From assembly GCF_030144855.1 (NCBI RefSeq), contig NC_082731.1, forward strand, positions 20,212,001 through 20,276,000: a stretch of 64,000 nt of DNA, in the 5' to 3' direction. The notes under the pieces are model-generated. The model saw nothing but the letters and a program-made list of their open reading frames with translations. It made no database searches and had not been told where the DNA came from. The translations under genes and the position numbers were made by a program. Positions 11,555 to 22,402 of the stretch are shown here, one piece after another (positions within the stretch are counted from its first letter, which is position 1; each line of letters opens with the position of its first letter). The stretch comes from Hypanus sabinus (lineage: Eukaryota).

Positions 11555-12490
11555 TTGCGAGGCAACAAAGACATCGTGGACGGGAGCGTTTCAGTTACTG
11601 TGCGACCAGACACACTCGCCCCTGAGGGCTTTGCCGGCCCTTTTACTGGCTACGTGGAGCAATCCATGTTTCAAGCCTTCCAAGGTAATGCTCCTCAGCT
11701 CTTTCTGTGCTACACACTGACGACGTTATCAGTGTTTCATCGTGCACCCATGCTGAGCTCGTCAATTTCATCAACTTTGCCACCAATGACCACCATGCCC
11801 TAGCATTCAACTGGAAATTTTCTGAAACCGTTCTCCCTTTTCTCGATCTCTCTCTCCATCTCTGGAGACAGCTTTTCTATTCCATTGTTATCTTGATTAT
11901 ACCGCTGTCGAGCGTATCCTGTAAAATGCTATTCCTATATTTTCTGTTCTTCAGCTTCTCTGCATCCGTTCCCAGGATGACGCTTTCCTTTCTAGGGCAT
12001 CTGAGTATTGAGAACATCGGATACGTCTATGATATCCGGTGCTCTCGATACTATAGATTGCTGAGACCCGACAGATATTGAGGGATGTTTTGTTGAACAC
12101 CTTCACTCCATCCGCGGGAAAAAAACGGATTTTCTCGCTGGCCAGCCATTTTAATTCCAATCTCCATTCCCTTTTCGACATATTGGTCTGAACCCGATGG
12201 ACTGTTCTTCTGCCGCGGTGAGGCGACTCTCAGTGTGGAGGAGCAACACCTCATATTTCGTCCAGGTAGGCTCCAAATTGAATGCATGGATATTAATTTT
12301 GCCTTACGGTATTTGTTTTTCTTCCATTTTCTTCTATTCCTCACACTGGCTCTTATTTCTTCTCCTCACCTGCCCATCACCAGCCCCTTGCGACACTCAT
12401 TCTTCCCTTCCTTGCATGGTCCACGTTCGTTTTCTGTCAGATTTTATCTTCTCCAGCTCCTTAACTTTGTTGAAGGGATTTTTGGGTCAA
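11555..12490 (+). mobile_element. Penelope-like element, internally deleted (RT + GIY-YIG + pLTR fragments)
   Basis: GYVEQSMFQA..PQLFL.Y.DD..SCTHAELVNFINFA..LPFLDLS (PLE RT); YDIRCSR; EEQHLIFR..MDINF (GIY-YIG C-terminus); pyrimidine-rich tail. Confidence 0.8.
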
Positions 12491-12929
12491 GCACATGTAG
12501 CAATTAACTTAACTGTCTTCGGCCACAGGCCTACAGATTTGAACATGCGTTGTAAATTTAATTTAAAATGAAGCTGTGAATTATTGTTCCCCAAAAGCTT
12601 TAAATCACTGAACAGAGAATGCTGATTAAAATTCAGTCGGATATCTGTGGTCTGGGTATAAATCAGGAGTTGTGATTTGCGTGTAGTTCCCCCCCCAAAA
12701 AAAAAACGTTGTGTAAGCACTGTAAATATGGAATTGTATTTTGATTTTCAGCACATAAAATATCAGGTAGCGTGGGTCAGCGAGACATTTCCACTGAAGG
12801 GGCCTGAATATGATTTCTGCTGTAACTTATGTTGTCAAATAAAGAAACTGCTTCATGTCGACGAGTACTTCTCTCCAGTAATGTTTTTCCTGTTCTACCT
12901 TCGCTCTTGTTCTGTCCCCCATCCAGGCC

Positions 12930-13265
12930 AATTATCTTTTCTCTTATCCTTCCTGTCTCATTACTCTGGTGCCCCTCTTCCCTTTTTCGAATGGTCCACT
13001 CTCCTGTCCTTTGAGATTTCTTCTTTTCCAGCGCAACACCTTTCTCACTCACCCGGTTTCACGTATAATCATCTGAATTTTCCTCCTATCCGTACTCCTC
13101 TAGTTTTTTTTTAATTCAGGCGTCTTTCCCCCTTACTTTTCAGCCCTTATTACCGGACTGGGCCCGATGTATTGATTATTTTATTCGTTTCCATAGACAT
13201 TGACAACCTACTTAGTTCCTCCAGCATTTTGTTTGCTTTGCTCCGGATTTCGAGCATTATCAGAA
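12930..13265 (+). mobile_element. Degenerate Penelope-like pseudo-LTR
   Basis: Pyrimidine-rich tract followed by ..TTTCCATAGA..AGTTCCTCCAGCATTTTGT..GGATTTC, like chondrichthyan PLE termini. Confidence 0.55.
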
Positions 13266-13474
13266 AGCAGTGGGGTTTTCAATCGGATTGAGTGATCGTG
13301 GAATTTTTCGGCTGTTCGTCCGTATTTTCATTCCAATGAAATCGCCGATGTTGGTGAGGGTGGAATGCGTCAAAAGTAGGATGGCTCCGATGGTGAATGG
13401 GCTCCCAACTGTGAAAAATATGTGCGTCGATATACGGTTGCTCAGGAAAATTCAGCGTGAAACTGATAATGAGT

Positions 13475-13557
13475 TACCAGGACTGGGGTTCGAATACACG
13501 TGAACATTCGTTCATTGGATCTTAAGTCCAACGCCTTAACCACTCGGCCGTCCTGGT
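13475..13557 (-). pseudogene. tRNA-Leu-TAA: tRNA-Leu(UAA) decayed paralog
   Basis: Same 83-nt sequence, but U8>C, and the T-arm GTGTA-TTCGAAC-CCCAG has 3 of 5 pairs broken, with the B-box changed from GGTTCGA to TATTCGA. Confidence 0.85.
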
Positions 13558-13764
13558 CCGACAAATAGAAAACGGTGAAACACCATTACCGACCAATTGA
13601 AAAGCTTTCTCGGAGTTCCTGCTCGGATACTGCTGCATGCATTAGGCTGTCGTACCCTGTACACTCGCGTTCCGTTAAAAATACTTCAACTTTCCTCATA
13701 TTTAAGATTTCAACTCCTTTAGTTATTTCGTACGTGGGCCTTAACACATATGTAAGTTTATAAG

Positions 13765-13870
13765 ATTAAGAACTGAAGGTCATAGATTTAAGGGGAGAGG
13801 AAATAGATTTCTTTTAATACAGGGAGTTTAGTGATAGGTTTTTTTTACACACTTAGTGGTACTGCCGTGA
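13765..13870 (+). mobile_element. Short CR1 3' fragment
   Basis: GGTCATAGATTTAAGGGGAGAGGAAATAGATTT..TTTTTTACAC; paralog at ~49125-49225. Confidence 0.5.
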
Positions 13871-15139
13871 TTTGGTGGAATCAAATGCAATCATTGAAAT
13901 TAAGGAACAGCTCTATTTCTAATTTAAAATCTTTATTATTCCCTTTCGGGGTTCTTTCTGAAGACCCTGACCTGGAGTTACACGCAGGCTTCGGATCTCT
14001 GAGGGAATGGGACCATTTCTCAGGATTCAACGACTGGCTGCTATTCGACATGCCAGGGGGTGGACTGGGAATCTCGATCGTGTTCGGAAGCCTAAGATAT
14101 TCGGGCTGCGGTGACGGGCGGATCCAGGTACGGTGTCACGGCTGGAGACTCGTGTGTTGTCGGGGAGGCCGGAAAATCTTTCGCTGTGGGCCCGAAGACC
14201 CGAGGTCTTTTCGATCCGGACACAGAGCTCGAAAGATTTTCAGGTAACTTTGGTCTGTGTCTTTGCTATTGCTCAGCACACGCTTTGGTTCGGTGACAGT
14301 AAGGTTGGGCGTTTATTTTTGCTGGTAGAGGGTTGGGGGATCGTTGTTCACTGCCGCCTACGTGCAGGAAGGGGGAACTGGAGAGGACTTTGGGGTTCTT
14401 ATAGCTGTTTTAGGGACGTTTAGCTGTTGTTCACTCTTTAAGGCACTTGTTTATTTTTGTGGATGTTTGCGAAGAAAAAGCATTTCAGGATGCATATTGT
14501 ATACATTTCTCTGACATTAAATTTAACAGTTGAACTTTTGCAGCAATCCGGCTGGGAATTATGACTGAGTGAGATAGAGAAAGAGAGAGGTAAGTAGATA
14601 GATACAGAGAGAAACAGAGGGGGAAAGACTGGAAGCAAACGGCACACAGGAAGAGTAAGACAGCGAAGAGGAGTGGGACAGCCACACGCTGCTAGGGCAG
14701 TTGCTTGAAATTGGAAGGATGGTGGATAGATAGATAGCGCGTGCATGTGAGAAGAATGGGTACAGATTGTGCCAATCTACTTTTTAATCGTTGTAAAGAG
14801 TCAAATTTATATTCTGCGCACACACGACGAAAGCAGCTTGAATCCGGAGCAAAAATAATACTACGGGAGGAACGCTGCGTGTCGAAAAGGTTGCATCTGT
14901 AGCAAGGCAGGTATCGGTTCGAGCTCTGATGTCAGGACAACAAATGTAGAGACAATACAGCTAGTTCAAAAACAGAACAATGAATAAATTGGTAGGCGAT
15001 GGGTGTAACCAATTGAGCGAGGGGGATAATGGGCAAATAGAGCCATGTACGGGAGCAGAACCGAGGAGAATGTTTGTACGCAGGTGCTGGAATCTGAGAA
15101 GGTAGGTGATTGAATATATCAGGTACATGTCTATTAACT

Positions 15140-15480
15140 CTTGCTCAGTCCTGTGAGATTGAGAGCAGGGACGACAGGATCTTGCTTCGGTTTCAGGGTA
15201 TGAGCAGAAGGAGAGGTTGGGCAAACTTTGGAGCGTTGGAGGCTGGTGGGAAACCTGACAAATCTGTACTAATTCATCGCAGGTACAGATAGAATAAAGT
15301 AAAATTATTTTTCCTCAGTAATGTAATTTGAATACATAGGTTTAAGGCAAGAAGGCAGAGTTTAAACGAGCTTTTCCAAGCAAGTGTCTTCTTTCCATGG
15401 CGAATGTGGACACTTGCAACACTCTGTCCGGGGAATTGTTGGAAGCAGATATAGCGTTTAAGAATTATTTATGCTAAAAT
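15140..15480 (+). mobile_element. Decayed CR1 3'-end fragment
   Basis: GGTATGAGCAGAAGGAGAGGTTGG..TTGGAGCGTTGGAGGCTG (YKERL..LERRRL-like) followed by the CR1 terminal GGTTTAAGG..GGAAGCAGATA motif. Confidence 0.6.
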
Positions 15481-17269
15481 TAGACATCCGGGTCACGTTC
15501 AGTAGCATGTCGCTCTAAAGTAGTATTTGTGTCAGAGTAGCCTGTCCATACACTGTACTGTCTGAATTCCAACTTATCTTCATTCTATTTCTGTATATGG
15601 TTTCGCATTTGTACTTATTACTATTTTATTGTTATACACTTTAGTTTACCAAAGAAAGATAATTAAATCTTTTTTGTCCTTTCCAGATGTGCATAACATA
15701 GCCCCCAGAACATGTTGGGCAATTTATTCCAGGTAAAATGAATGGTTATGAGTAATGCCCCATCCCGTCCAATGCAGGACCGATCAAGCTACCAGACCCA
15801 AGGTCACCGAAACGATCCACTTTCTCACTTAGCCTTTTCGTTCCTCGATTGAGTTGTCATAAAGTACTTTGAAACCTCGTTTCCAGCACTCTTTCAAACG
15901 ACTACTCCACACTTGAAAGCAATCGTTCTTTGGAATTTCCCACTTTGAAAAAGAATGACTCAACCTCTTGAGCACCTGTGCCCAGGAGTGCATGTATCAC
16001 ATTCTGTAAGGATCATAATCTTTCCCAAATAAATTGCCCTAGATGCGATGGTGCCGAAACTACAGTCGTAGTGGTTTCAAAATCCGCTGTGCACTCTCAT
16101 CTCCAGGCACCATGCTCATTCATACCGAAATGATTGATCGTCTGTTGCATATACAGGTCGGAAAATAAGCTGCATTTCTTGACCTGTCCAAATAACGAGA
16201 GCTCTATACTCGGACAAGACACTTCAAGGGAAGCAAGGGCCATTGTAGGTCCAGGAAAGGATGAAATAATATGCACAAGCCAAGGGCAGCGAGCACGTAC
16301 AGTCAAATTCGTACACAACGTAGCCACCGTAATCGCACCGACAGCTGTTCACAAGCCAGTAACAGTAGTTATGGACACTGTAATTAATCCGGCGAGTACC
16401 CCCCTCACAGAGAGGGAGGCACACGAATGTCAAATAGGAATAGAGCAGTAAAAAGATGTGTGTGCAATGGAAACACCTCTGGACGGAAAGCAGGGAATGG
16501 CTTTGTGGATGGATGTCGGAGGTACATAAACCAGAACAGACGGTCTGGGTGCACTGTGGTGAAGGACGCAGGTGAGGAATGAACTTCAGCAGCACTGCCA
16601 GAGGATTGCTAAGCTCAGGTGGCGGATCTGCTGTCCCTGACAGAAACAATGCGCTCCAGTAATGGCAGACAAGCAGTTATATATCCTAACAGCCCGTATA
16701 ACTTCGGGGCGGTTATCGGATGGCCTGGGACGCAACAGGTGCAGGTATTCAGCGCGGGACCCATACAACAACTGCCGGAAGCACTGTCTGCCAGCTCAAG
16801 TGACAGGAATTAAAGTGGAATCTCAGCGGTAAGAGAAGAGTAAGGAGCAGAAAGTATTAACAAGAAATCGGAAGTGTGCAGGAAGAAACGTCGGAAGCCA
16901 GTTGAATAAAACTAGACAGCTTTGACGGAACCCTTCAAAAAGCAGGGGGAAAAGCTTATGTCATTATGAGCAAAAGAAAATCTGCAGTCTCTGGAAATCC
17001 AAGAAATGCACCCAAGGTGCTGGAGGAATTGTCCTGGCCAGGCAGAATCTCTGTAGTGACGATCTGTAATTAAGCTGTCTGAACTGCTGTGCTCCTCCAG
17101 CAAATGTGTGTATTGTCTTCTAATTATGGATCACTTCAGTCGGCAGGTGGACGTTTTCCCAACCAGAGACTGCACCGCCGGCACCGCTGCACGGAGCATT
17201 GTCAGGTAATACTACCAAGTTGAAGAACTCTTACAGATGGACGATGACAAGGAAGAATATTTCAGAGGG

Positions 17270-17880
17270 AAAGTGATAAATTAAATGTGCCGACTGCAAG
17301 GGATTCGACAACGGGTCCACATCCCCTACCATCAAGGACGCGGACTGGAAAATTAGTGCACCTTCAGGGTTCCGGACAGACGGCGGGCTGATTCGAGGCC
17401 GGTGTTGCCGCCTGATGTGTTGTGTGAGTACACGGACGATCTGACGCAGCACAGAGCTCGGAAAAAGCGACATCACAGGCTTTGAACACCGTATTTCAGC
17501 GAGTTGATTGATGTGTCTCTCCTCACGCTGTGAAACAGGAACACCTCTTTTCCGCTGATTCGGAAGAAAGAGAGCCTGTGATATTTCGAATACTGGTTGA
17601 ACGATTTGTCTTTGATGTCCTGCATATATCCGTCTTTCGTAATGCTTTGCTACAGGCTTGAATGCTCTTGTCCGGTGCCGATGCTTTTTACCGTTGGGAG
17701 AGGGGGCTTTATTGCTTGGCTGCTGCTTCTGCTTGGCAGCGGGGAGGAGTTGGGGAGACTTTGCGTTTCCAATATCTGTCATTCATTCTTTGGGGTACTC
17801 CTCTGTTTTCCTGGATGTTTTCGAAGAAATATTATTTCAGGATGTTTGTTCTATACATTTCCCTCACAATAAATGTATCA
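17270..17880 (+). repeat. Retroposon-like interspersed repeat embedded in the monomer (class uncertain)
   Basis: CACAGAGCTCGGAAAAAG..GGATGTTTTCGAAGAAA..TATACATTTC..AATAAATG tail. Copies at ~8290, 23670, 34735, 39455, 45225, 51770 and 58530, and partial at ~3160 and ~29650. A related subfamily is at ~13965-14540, 35785-36250 and 49325-49895. Confidence 0.5.
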
Positions 17881-20420
17881 AAGCGACAGCTGATGGGGAA
17901 AGACATGGGTTGACTTATTACCATTCATCCTGATGAGAATGCGAGTAACCCAAACCGCAGGCTGGTTTTCAGCCGCTATGAGCTACTATTAGGGTAAAAA
18001 TCAGATTCCCTAATGGGAGAAGTACGGTTTTCTGTGAGCCTGGGGTGTACAGGGACAGACTGACACAGTATGTGAAAGAGCTTTGTATGTGACATAGTAT
18101 TGAAGGATGGAGCCAAATAACAGCAGCACGTTGATGATTAGAGAAATCCACTGGGAAAGGAGATAGTTCACCAAAATCCCAGTGACCAACACATGGTGAG
18201 GGTGTTGCTTGAAAGTGTATGCTCCGAGCTGGATCGGAGCACAAATGGTACTTTCACAAGTAACACGTGTTTATGTAAAGACTTCACGAGGCAGCCAGTA
18301 AAAACAATGGATTCAGTTTACACTGTGAGACTCACTTCCATGTTGTCACCAGAGGCGAAACCGGGGAAGGAGTGAAGCTAGTAATCGTGTAATTATAGAG
18401 AATCCAAGAGATGGTCACCAGCCGGCCACACCAGAACTGACCACAATGGATGCAAACTGATCCACAGGAAACGAGAAGGTAGGGGGCACCCAGATTGTGA
18501 GAGAAACCTGTGCATAACATGCTAAAGAGTAATGGTGAACGCATCATGTTCTAACCGCTGACTACTGAAAATATGTGAATAGTTAAAAAGCAGTAAATAG
18601 AAAATATATTGCAGAAAATGTATCGGCAGGGAATTAAGTTTAAGCAGACACATCCATACCTTCGATACCATGGTAGAATTGAGGAGGAATGCAGAAGGAA
18701 TCTGAAGGCCGTTACGCTCAGCCTGAATGGGGAATAGAATTGGGTTGGACTCTTTCAGCAGTTGCGGCCAGCGATTGACTGGATAGTTCGGAAAGGAGTG
18801 CAACGAGGGAGAGGTCGTTTTAGTAATTGAAATGGAGACCACACCAACCCCTTATTGTACATCTATGAGAAGCCCTGTGAACCTGCTGACTTTACTTTCC
18901 AGCTGCTCCTGGAAAGGATGAAGACAAGGAATTGGCTGGGCTTCTATCGGTCAGCAAAGGAATAGCCAACAGGAATACACATGAATCTGCATTTCTAAAG
19001 ACTGCTGCTCACATTTCTGGACAAACACTCTGCTTAGCATTTTGAAAGAAGCAATTAAGCATGATTGGGTAGATGTACATGCGCTAATGGGAATTATGGG
19101 AAATTCCGAAGGAGGGCCTTTTTGCTGCCCAATTTGAGTAGATCTTCCTTAAGTCTGGCCTTTCGCGCTAGGTAATTATTTTTGTCCGGGTGCTAAGAGG
19201 AGGGGATGTTCGAGACAATTTTAGATCCAGCACGTGTGCCAATTAAAGTAACTGACTTTGGCCACTAGCCTTCGAAGTCGAATATGCATTTTTGATTATT
19301 TTAAAATGCAACTCTGTACAATAGGTTCCTAAAGGCCTCAGATCACGGACAGAAAACGCTTATTAAAATTCATTTCGATGTATGTGGCATGGGTGCGAAT
19401 CGTGAGGTGTGAGGTTTGTGTGTGCTTCCAATGAAAGCATTGTGGGTGTATTATAAATATGGAACTGTCCTTTGTGAATTAGTACACAATATATGAGGTA
19501 GCGTGAGCATTGAGACCTTTCCACCGAAAGGGCCTTAATTCAGCATATTGCCTGCTGTATCTTGTTGTTTCTAAAAACTCACCCTGAGCATAATCGGCTC
19601 TCGCTTTTAGGACCTAAGGGACCCTACTACTTACCCCCATTCCACTGATTTCCGCAAGGATTGCACTTTCTGCTATTCCTTTTCGTTCGTCCTGATCAGT
19701 AATCTTCAATCAGGGAATTATTCTTGTAAGCGGCTCACGACCATTGAGAGCCGAATACGTTTTACTTATTTTCAAATGGAGGAAAGAGAATGAGGTGCAG
19801 CCACCGTAGGTAGTGTTTATCCTGAAACTTTTTTTCAGTTCTGGGCATGGGATTTCAAAGTTCTATTCCTGCGCATCTATATAATGTCCGTATGAACTCC
19901 CTTCGGAATGTGCGGAAATTCTGCGTGATCTACAGACTCCGTTCGCAGTCCAAAGATGTACTGATAAGAATGTTAATCACTCATTGTAAATTGTGTTGTG
20001 ATTAGTTTAGGGTCTTGGATCTCTCGGGTAGAGGTGACCGATGCGACTATTCCACAATCCACCGCTAACTAAAAAAATAAAACAAAAGTGGGAAGTGTGG
20101 GACAAAGAAAGCATTTGAGAGAGGAAGACGGAGTGAGCGTGAGAAAGGGAAAGGGAAAGACGGAGCAAGAGGGAAGGAAGGATATATGGGGGGCATGAGA
20201 AAACAATTGAGTGGGATGAAAATAAAGAGGGAAAGAAAAAGTATAAGACAGGAAAGAGAAAGAGGAAAGCAATGCTTGTGAAACTCAGGGAACGGTCAAT
20301 GGAGAAAGTAGGGACACGGGAGGGAATAAAAAATGGAAGATTAGAGATGGATAGGGTGTGAGGGAATCAGAGAGAGAAAGAGAGAGAGAGAGAGAGCTGG
20401 AGAGATGATAAATAAGACTC

Positions 20421-21174
20421 TCTTTTCTTTCTTTTTCCAATTTTTTATTAAATTTTATTTACGTTTGTACATAAATACAGAATTTATAAGGATATTTATT
20501 ATAAATCAAAATAAGATAGCACAAAATGCACTACATATAAATCATACCGATAGAATCACGGTATCCCATATTCATGATCAATCAAATAAAATAAATTAAG
20601 TTATGAAGTATAATAATATGGTTAATTATATTATAAAAATAATCTACACCCCCTACGAAGACAAAGCTGGTTTGTAAAAAATATAAGAGAAAAAAAAAGA
20701 GTACTTTACTATATAGTGCTTGAATGAGAATAGCTCGGTTAGAGAAAAAAAAAGATTGGGAAAAGGATTCACAATGTAAATGATTATATTGGCTATGACG
20801 AGGCGGCGCGTGTCCAAGGGGTAAAGACGTTCGACTGGCCATCTGAAGTTCGTGAGTTCAAGCCTCAGCCGGGACAGCGTGTTGTGTACCGGCAAACTGC
20901 TGGGGGTGAACCTCGCGATAGACTGGCGTCCTATCCGTTGCGGGGGCGAAGGGGAAAGGGACGGGGGCGTCTCGAACGCTTAGTCACTTCACGCTCCAGA
21001 AACAGGCATAAGCACCGGCCTGATGAGCCTTCAAGGTTCGGGACAGACTTTAACTTTAACTCATTATCTGATGAGACCTGTAGGCTTTTTGCAAAATGGT
21101 TATTTCATCATCATTATGTACTCGTCAGTACAAAGGGGTCATATGTCTAAAGACAATCTCTCACATTTTTCGCA
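20421..21174. mobile_element. ~750-bp composite insertion with 14-bp TSD (AT-rich, LINE 3'-end-like, in antisense; contains a SINE)
   Basis: TSD GATAAATAAGACTC at 20407-20420 and GATAAGTAAGACTC at 21175-21188; single-copy empty site upstream of V1 (~853). Confidence 0.75.
20800..21061 (+). mobile_element. tRNA-derived SINE (V-SINE-like core, family uncertain)
   Basis: A-box-like GTGTCCAAGGGG, B-box-like GAGTTCAAGCC, GCGATAGACTGGCGTCC core, GCATAAGCACCGGCCTGATGAGCC tail, (ACTTTA)n end. Confidence 0.7.
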
Positions 21175-21716
21175 GATAAGTAAGACTCAATATTCACCAG
21201 ACCAATTCCTAACTGAATTTACATGCAGTAAGGAACATGGAGAAAGACCAAGCATTGAAAAGTGATAGAGGGAATTAATGCTGTAGAATCAGTGAGCGAT
21301 ATTGAGAACATGTCAGAAAGAATTAGAGATAGATAGATAGTTAGAGAGTCGAAGCGTGCGTGCAGGAGAGAGACAGAGGTGCAATGGAATAGAAAGAACG
21401 AATGAGGGGGAAGAATATGTTAAGAATATGGAGCTTAGAAAAACAGAGCGCTGATGAACTTAATTAAAATAAATTACAAACAAAATTAAAATAGAGGGCT
21501 ATCAATAAGCCTAGGTAGTTCTAATGTAAGGACATGTTCAACACAGCTTGATGGGCCGAAGTGCCGGTATTGTGCTGTAAGTTTTCTATGTTTGTATGTT
21601 TCTAGTGAGTGAGATTGCAAATAAGTGAAAGCAGGAGAAACATTGCGAGAAAGTAATACAAGATAGAAAGAAGTATAAAGGCAAGCAGAAACATCAAAAA
21701 GAACTGAAACAAAATG

Positions 21717-21761
21717 TGATTGGTGTCCGGACCAGATTAGTTCGACGCTCACAGCCAATCA
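21717..21761 (+). promoter_or_regulatory. V2 promoter: inverted CCAAT pair
   Basis: TGATTGG ... AGCCAATCA, same spacing. Confidence 0.6.
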
Positions 21762-21893
21762 ATCCACTGGCAGGCCTGCGCCCCCACATGTACGCAAGAT
21801 GAAATATGCCGTAGGTCTGATTTTACTCTACATTATCGGTCAAGGATATTAACTTACTGGACTGCAAGTAAACTGTCTTTCGATCCGGACACC

Positions 21894-22326
21894 ATGAATT
21901 TCCTGTGCTCTCTGCTGATTCTATTGACTATGATGCCCGGTGAGTCTTCGCGGTAACGGTCTGTATCTGTTCCTTATGTCCGGAGAAAGCTCGATCTGTT
22001 CATGTATTCTGTCATTTTATTGCAGGAGCAATTGGGAAAGATTCCGTGTCGCAGTGGCCGACTGATATAACGATTGTGGAAGAACTAAATGTAACTCTGA
22101 ACTGTAATTACACTGGCGCACCTATGTATATTGCTTGGTATGTTCAGCATCGAGTGGAATCTCCAAAATATTTGCTGAAGTTTTTCAGCAGCGGAAAGTT
22201 GGACCGGCATGCCGAATGTCCGGCGAGGTTTTCTGGTGGTTGGCAGAGAGATAACAAGACGGTACATTTGTATATCTCTGGTGCTTTCGTGTCGGACTCC
22301 GCCGTGTATCTTTGTGCCATGAGTCC
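21894..22326 (+). CDS. TRAV: TCR alpha/delta-like V gene V2, join(21894..21939,22026..22326), open
   Basis: Leader MNFLCSLLILLTMMP|G, 86-nt intron. V exon AIGKDSVSQWPTD..LNCNYTGAPMYIAWYVQ..KFFSSGKLDRHAECPARFSGG..DSAVYLCAMS has both canonical Cys and the conserved Trp. Confidence 0.92.
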
Positions 22327-22365
22327 CACAGTGTTGTTAGGTGATGACAGCTCCGGACAAAATCC
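22327..22365 (+). other. 23-RSS of V2
   Basis: CACAGTG + 23 bp + ACAAAATCC. Confidence 0.95.
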
Positions 22366-22388
22366 GCCGTCGGTGATGCAGTGAGCGC

Positions 22389-22402
22389 TCGCTAGAGGGC
22401 GC
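22389..22402 (+). promoter_or_regulatory. CTCF-like motif 23 bp 3' of the V2 RSS
   Basis: TCGCTAGAGGGCGC, 12/14 match to core. Confidence 0.65.

Larger units (their letters stand above)
8290..14745 (+). repeat. Segmental duplicate of ~45230-50130 (PLE + tRNA block)
   Basis: Colinear, except that ~9990-11545 is absent from the second copy. Confidence 0.85.

Noticed and set aside
14485-14685. Minus-strand ORF resembling a signal peptide (MAVPLLFAVLLFLCAVCFQ; paralog at 49849)
   Set aside because: It starts at GTG, has no donor site or downstream V exon, and is a product of pyrimidine-rich low-complexity DNA.
15725-15800. Faint resemblance to the RSS spacer/post-nonamer region upstream of V-less modules
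   Set aside because: There is no CAC heptamer or nonamer, the similarity is too weak by eye, and no V-like translation is found upstream.
18064-18103. CACAGTA / CACTGTG heptamer-like sites in spacer modules (e.g. ~16551, 18064) as possible D/J RSS
   Set aside because: There is no nonamer at 12 or 23 bp and no adjacent J (FGXG) or D coding sequence.
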